A stretch of DNA of 64,000 bases from Setoptus koraiensis (lineage: Eukaryota > Animalia > Arthropoda). Shown one piece after another: positions 60,817 to 64,000 of the stretch. Position 1 is the first letter of the stretch; each line of letters begins with the position of its first letter. Both the position numbers and the translations under genes were made by a program. The stretch is taken from the NCBI GenBank assembly GCA_048013815.1, contig CM106585.1:15314001-15378000 (forward strand), read 5' to 3'. The notes beneath the pieces are model-generated. The model was not told the origin of the DNA. It made no database searches and saw only the letters and a list, made by a program, of their open reading frames with translations.

Positions 60817-61667
60817 TTGTGTATGCTACTAGCTTGACTCTGGCCTCATCCAACAGTCGTCACCTTGTAACTTTTGGTTGTCTGTAACGCGAAGATTTGC
60901 CCTGTTCTAGACAATTGTTCTCACGATTAGTTGTCTAATTAATCGCTCGCACATAGCGATAAACGAGAGTGCGTCAAAGTCGAAATCTCGACTGAATTTG
61001 TATTCTTTGTCCAACAAAATGATTTGGTGGCTCGTTTATCGGCCAACAAGCACGATGCGCTGCATGCCACAAGTGCCACAATCACTTTTTCTCGAAAAAT
61101 GAATATGAAACGAGAAAAAGACTGGGCACCTCCGATGATTCAAACCTTCATCGATCTCATCAACGCGACGCAGTTGATGGTTGATGCAAATGAGCGTCGA
61201 TGGAACAAAGGTTTCGTAGCAGCAAACATACCGTGTGCGTTGTCAGTCCATTATCAGCTGTTCATGGCACTAGGTTAAATGGTGCTCTTGTAGTTTGCAA
61301 AAGTCATTTTTTTGTTATACTTTATTTGATTTGTATTATTTTTACTTGTATATTTATCAAATTAATTAGCCACTTGTATCAAATCATAACAGAATATCGT
61401 TTGTTCAGTCATATTTATTCCGTTTCATTCTCTTGGACGGCACCATTGGAATGATTATTTGGCGTCGCAAACATTGCACAACAACAGAACCGACAAACAG
61501 TTGACCGAAGGTACTCACGTCCATTCGATTGAATACAATATATAGTATTATGATTTAGTCGGCCATTTTGGGCGGTAGCGCACCAGTCAAATTTGTATCT
61601 TTTGGGGCTCAGGTGTCATCGAATCAGTTCAATAAGCGGAATAACAGCAACAACATCAACTTTTATC

Positions 61668-64000
61668 ATGACCATATTAGCTGACAAAATATTGAGAGAA
61701 ACATCGCCTCTCAGCATATTTTTAGTGAAATCAGGTAGTGCCGGTAACAGACTATTATTTCGTTATCCCTATGATGAGCAATACGAATTGTCAGGCTTCC
61801 AACAGGAACAACAAACAAAAAGTACAATCAACAATTCTACTTTCAACACAACCAATTCTAGTAATAACGAGGACCACGAGCATCAGTTCCGAGTTGTGAT
61901 ATCAGAAAATGATGACGCCCTGTCCAATATGTTCTCAGTTAATCCAAATCTTTGTGGTAAAAAATTTGAAATTAAAATCAATAACGTGCGTTATGTTGGT
62001 CATCCGATGTCCCTATTAGCTCAGCATCAGCATCAGAATAGCTTGCAATCAACTATGCCAGGCATGACAATACAACATCGACACCATTATCATCACCATC
62101 ATCATCAACCAAATAATTTGACCAATTCCTCCTCTGTTACAGATAGTAACAACCAACATGTCAACAACAATTCCTCTAATCATGTTGATATTACATCATT
62201 CAATATTGTTTGTGCATTGAGAGCTAGTGCCAGTTATGACATTGTCAATTGTTATCATGACTTAAGCCAAAGACTTGCCATAGCCTTAGGCTTTGAAGAG
62301 CGACGCTGTTCATATCTCACTAAAGAAGCCAGAGACATCGTAGCCACCTTGGATGAACAACAAATGGCCAAACTAGTTGACCAAGACCAACAGGATCAGC
62401 TTGGCCAATGTCAATTAGGAAAGACAACAGTTACTTCACTTAATACTAATTCTGCCATAAAAGACAAACAATCCATTTTCAGTACTATTCTTCAAAGGAG
62501 CCTCCTGGCTAAAGATCTAAAAAAAGTTTTCGAAGATTTAACCATCAAAGGAATTGTAGATCTTAGAATAAACAATTGGGTTCGTGTTAGTTTCTGTCTG
62601 CCGCACAAAGTTCATCGTTTGAAATTGATCAATCACTTGGACATGCCAGCTATAGGACCAAAAGAGATACAAAATTGTCTCAACTATCTCAGGCCCTATC
62701 ATGGTTTGTTACTATTACAAAAACCAAAGGATCTTTTGGAGTCGTTGCCCATCGATGCATCGCCCGCGTTTGTTCGTTTGATAAAGGTGACAAAACCGGA
62801 AAAGAACTTTATGGATCTATCAGTCGATGCCAATCTTACATTGATGCAAATATTTTGCATTGTGTCACAACTGGTCTATTGGGCCAAAGCAACGATCATT
62901 TATCCCATTTGTGATAGCAATGTATATGCCATACATCCGTTGGCATCTACAGGTATTAATTCAATGTTGGTTGAGGAATTCAGACGCCGGTTCCCTTGTA
63001 ACAAACCTCTACATCATTACTTGGCAGAATTTTCGTTAGGTACATCACTTAGTCAATTGAATAGGCCACTATTAGAGGTGGAGGAAAGATTGAATTTGTT
63101 GAATATTGTAACATGGTTGCTTCAATGTCGCATCCTATCGCAAATACATAAATATATTTTTCTGGTTGCTGGCGAAGATTCTTCCATACATTTGCGTCAA
63201 GAAACAATTAATAACAGTCCGAGGAAAACTAACCAGCAGAGTAGTCTCATTGAGAGTAATACCATCAGCGCTAGTACTGGCACAAATCTTGCCTTCGACA
63301 TTATTTACGAGCAACCCACTGATGTGATGGGGGCAACCGGAAATTCAACATTAAATAGTAGTAGTCAGTTGTATATTAATAGTAGTAATAACAATAATAG
63401 TAGTAGCAACACCAATAGTAATTTAAGCAACACCAATAGTAACTTAAGCAACAATAGTTACTCGTCCCCTAAAATGCAACCCAGTAGTAATGTTTTGAAT
63501 AATAGTGGAGGCTTTTTGGTCAAGAGTACTCAACTCACGTCAAACAACAAAATCATCAACAATGATATCACTACACAGGTTATTGGTGAAACAACAAACT
63601 CAACTACTACGTCCACCAATGGAGCTAGAGCAATTCCTCATGCCAATGCAACGAGCGGGTCTGTGGGTCTATCTAATAGTATAAATAACTATGAGGGCTC
63701 ACAATATATGGTGACCAGGAGCCCATTCTCTGATAGTTCCGAGTTTGTTAGGCGAGCTAGAACAGACAGTTATGCCTACTCTAATGAAGATAGTAATTTT
63801 GGTCTTAATTCGTCGCTTTCGTCAACGCCAAACTCAAACATTGAATCAACTTCGCCAATGAATAGTGAGCTGCAATCCCGTTCAACTATGAACAATCAGC
63901 CTTCTATTGTTGCAAGCAGTGGTCTACTTTACGAATCTGTTTTGGATCAAACAATACCAGAATTGGATATGGCCTCACTGTTGCGCGCCGGTCTGACACA
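61668..64000 (+). CDS. Nprl3: GATOR1 complex subunit NPRL3, 3'-partial (at least 777 codons, open to the window end)
   Basis: Missing from the ORF track because there is no stop in the window. Translation gives ETSPLSIFLVKSGSAGNRLLFRYPY, LCGKKFEIKINNVRYVGHP, FNIVCALRA, EERRCSYLTKEA, LRINNWVRVSFCLPHKVH, RPYHGLLLL and LVYWAKATIIYPICDSNVY, all matching NPRL3 family blocks. No intron is needed. Confidence 0.93.
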   Translation, partial: MTILADKILRETSPLSIFLVKSGSAGNRLLFRYPYDEQYELSGFQQEQQTKSTINNSTFNTTNSSNNEDHEHQFRVVISENDDALSNMFSVNPNLCGKKFEIKINNVRYVGHPMSLLAQHQHQNSLQSTMPGMTIQHRHHYHHHHHQPNNLTNSSSVTDSNNQHVNNNSSNHVDITSFNIVCALRASASYDIVNCYHDLSQRLAIALGFEERRCSYLTKEARDIVATLDEQQMAKLVDQDQQDQLGQCQLGKTTVTSLNTNSAIKDKQSIFSTILQRSLLAKDLKKVFEDLTIKGIVDLRINNWVRVSFCLPHKVHRLKLINHLDMPAIGPKEIQNCLNYLRPYHGLLLLQKPKDLLESLPIDASPAFVRLIKVTKPEKNFMDLSVDANLTLMQIFCIVSQLVYWAKATIIYPICDSNVYAIHPLASTGINSMLVEEFRRRFPCNKPLHHYLAEFSLGTSLSQLNRPLLEVEERLNLLNIVTWLLQCRILSQIHKYIFLVAGEDSSIHLRQETINNSPRKTNQQSSLIESNTISASTGTNLAFDIIYEQPTDVMGATGNSTLNSSSQLYINSSNNNNSSSNTNSNLSNTNSNLSNNSYSSPKMQPSSNVLNNSGGFLVKSTQLTSNNKIINNDITTQVIGETTNSTTTSTNGARAIPHANATSGSVGLSNSINNYEGSQYMVTRSPFSDSSEFVRRARTDSYAYSNEDSNFGLNSSLSSTPNSNIESTSPMNSELQSRSTMNNQPSIVASSGLLYESVLDQTIPELDMASLLRAGLT

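Overview
Eukaryotic (arthropod-type, plausibly mite; organism is inference) genomic DNA, not prokaryotic. No CRISPR array, rRNA or tRNA was recognised. Five protein-coding genes are supported: (1) an Elk/KCNH8-type (eag-like) voltage-gated K+ channel on + (13 coding exons traced by hand from 23993 to 34281, at least 2024 aa; the conserved first exon was not found in the window); (2) nuclear receptor ftz-f1 (NR5A) on - (4 coding exons, 49143 to 38451, about 686 aa, with an 8.3-kb intron); (3) intronless synaptojanin on - (58010 to 54531); (4) an orphan secreted Cys-rich protein with an internal duplication on + (60268-60816); (5) NPRL3 (GATOR1 subunit) on +, intronless as far as visible and running off the window end. 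The first ~24 kb has no recognisable gene. It is visibly GC-richer and full of GGGCCC/GGCC motifs, low-copy tandem duplications and long perfect palindromes. Most ORF-track entries there look like artefacts of repeats and GC content. The best leads are the orphan secreted protein, about 20 TTAYGTAA (PAR/VRI-type bZIP) sites in the non-coding DNA around Elk and ftz-f1, a perfect ROR/HR3-type element in the ftz-f1 intron, the palindrome-rich region, a very enlarged Elk C-terminus, and the contrast between intron-rich and intronless genes. I did not find a clearly new biological system; these are leads and need checking.
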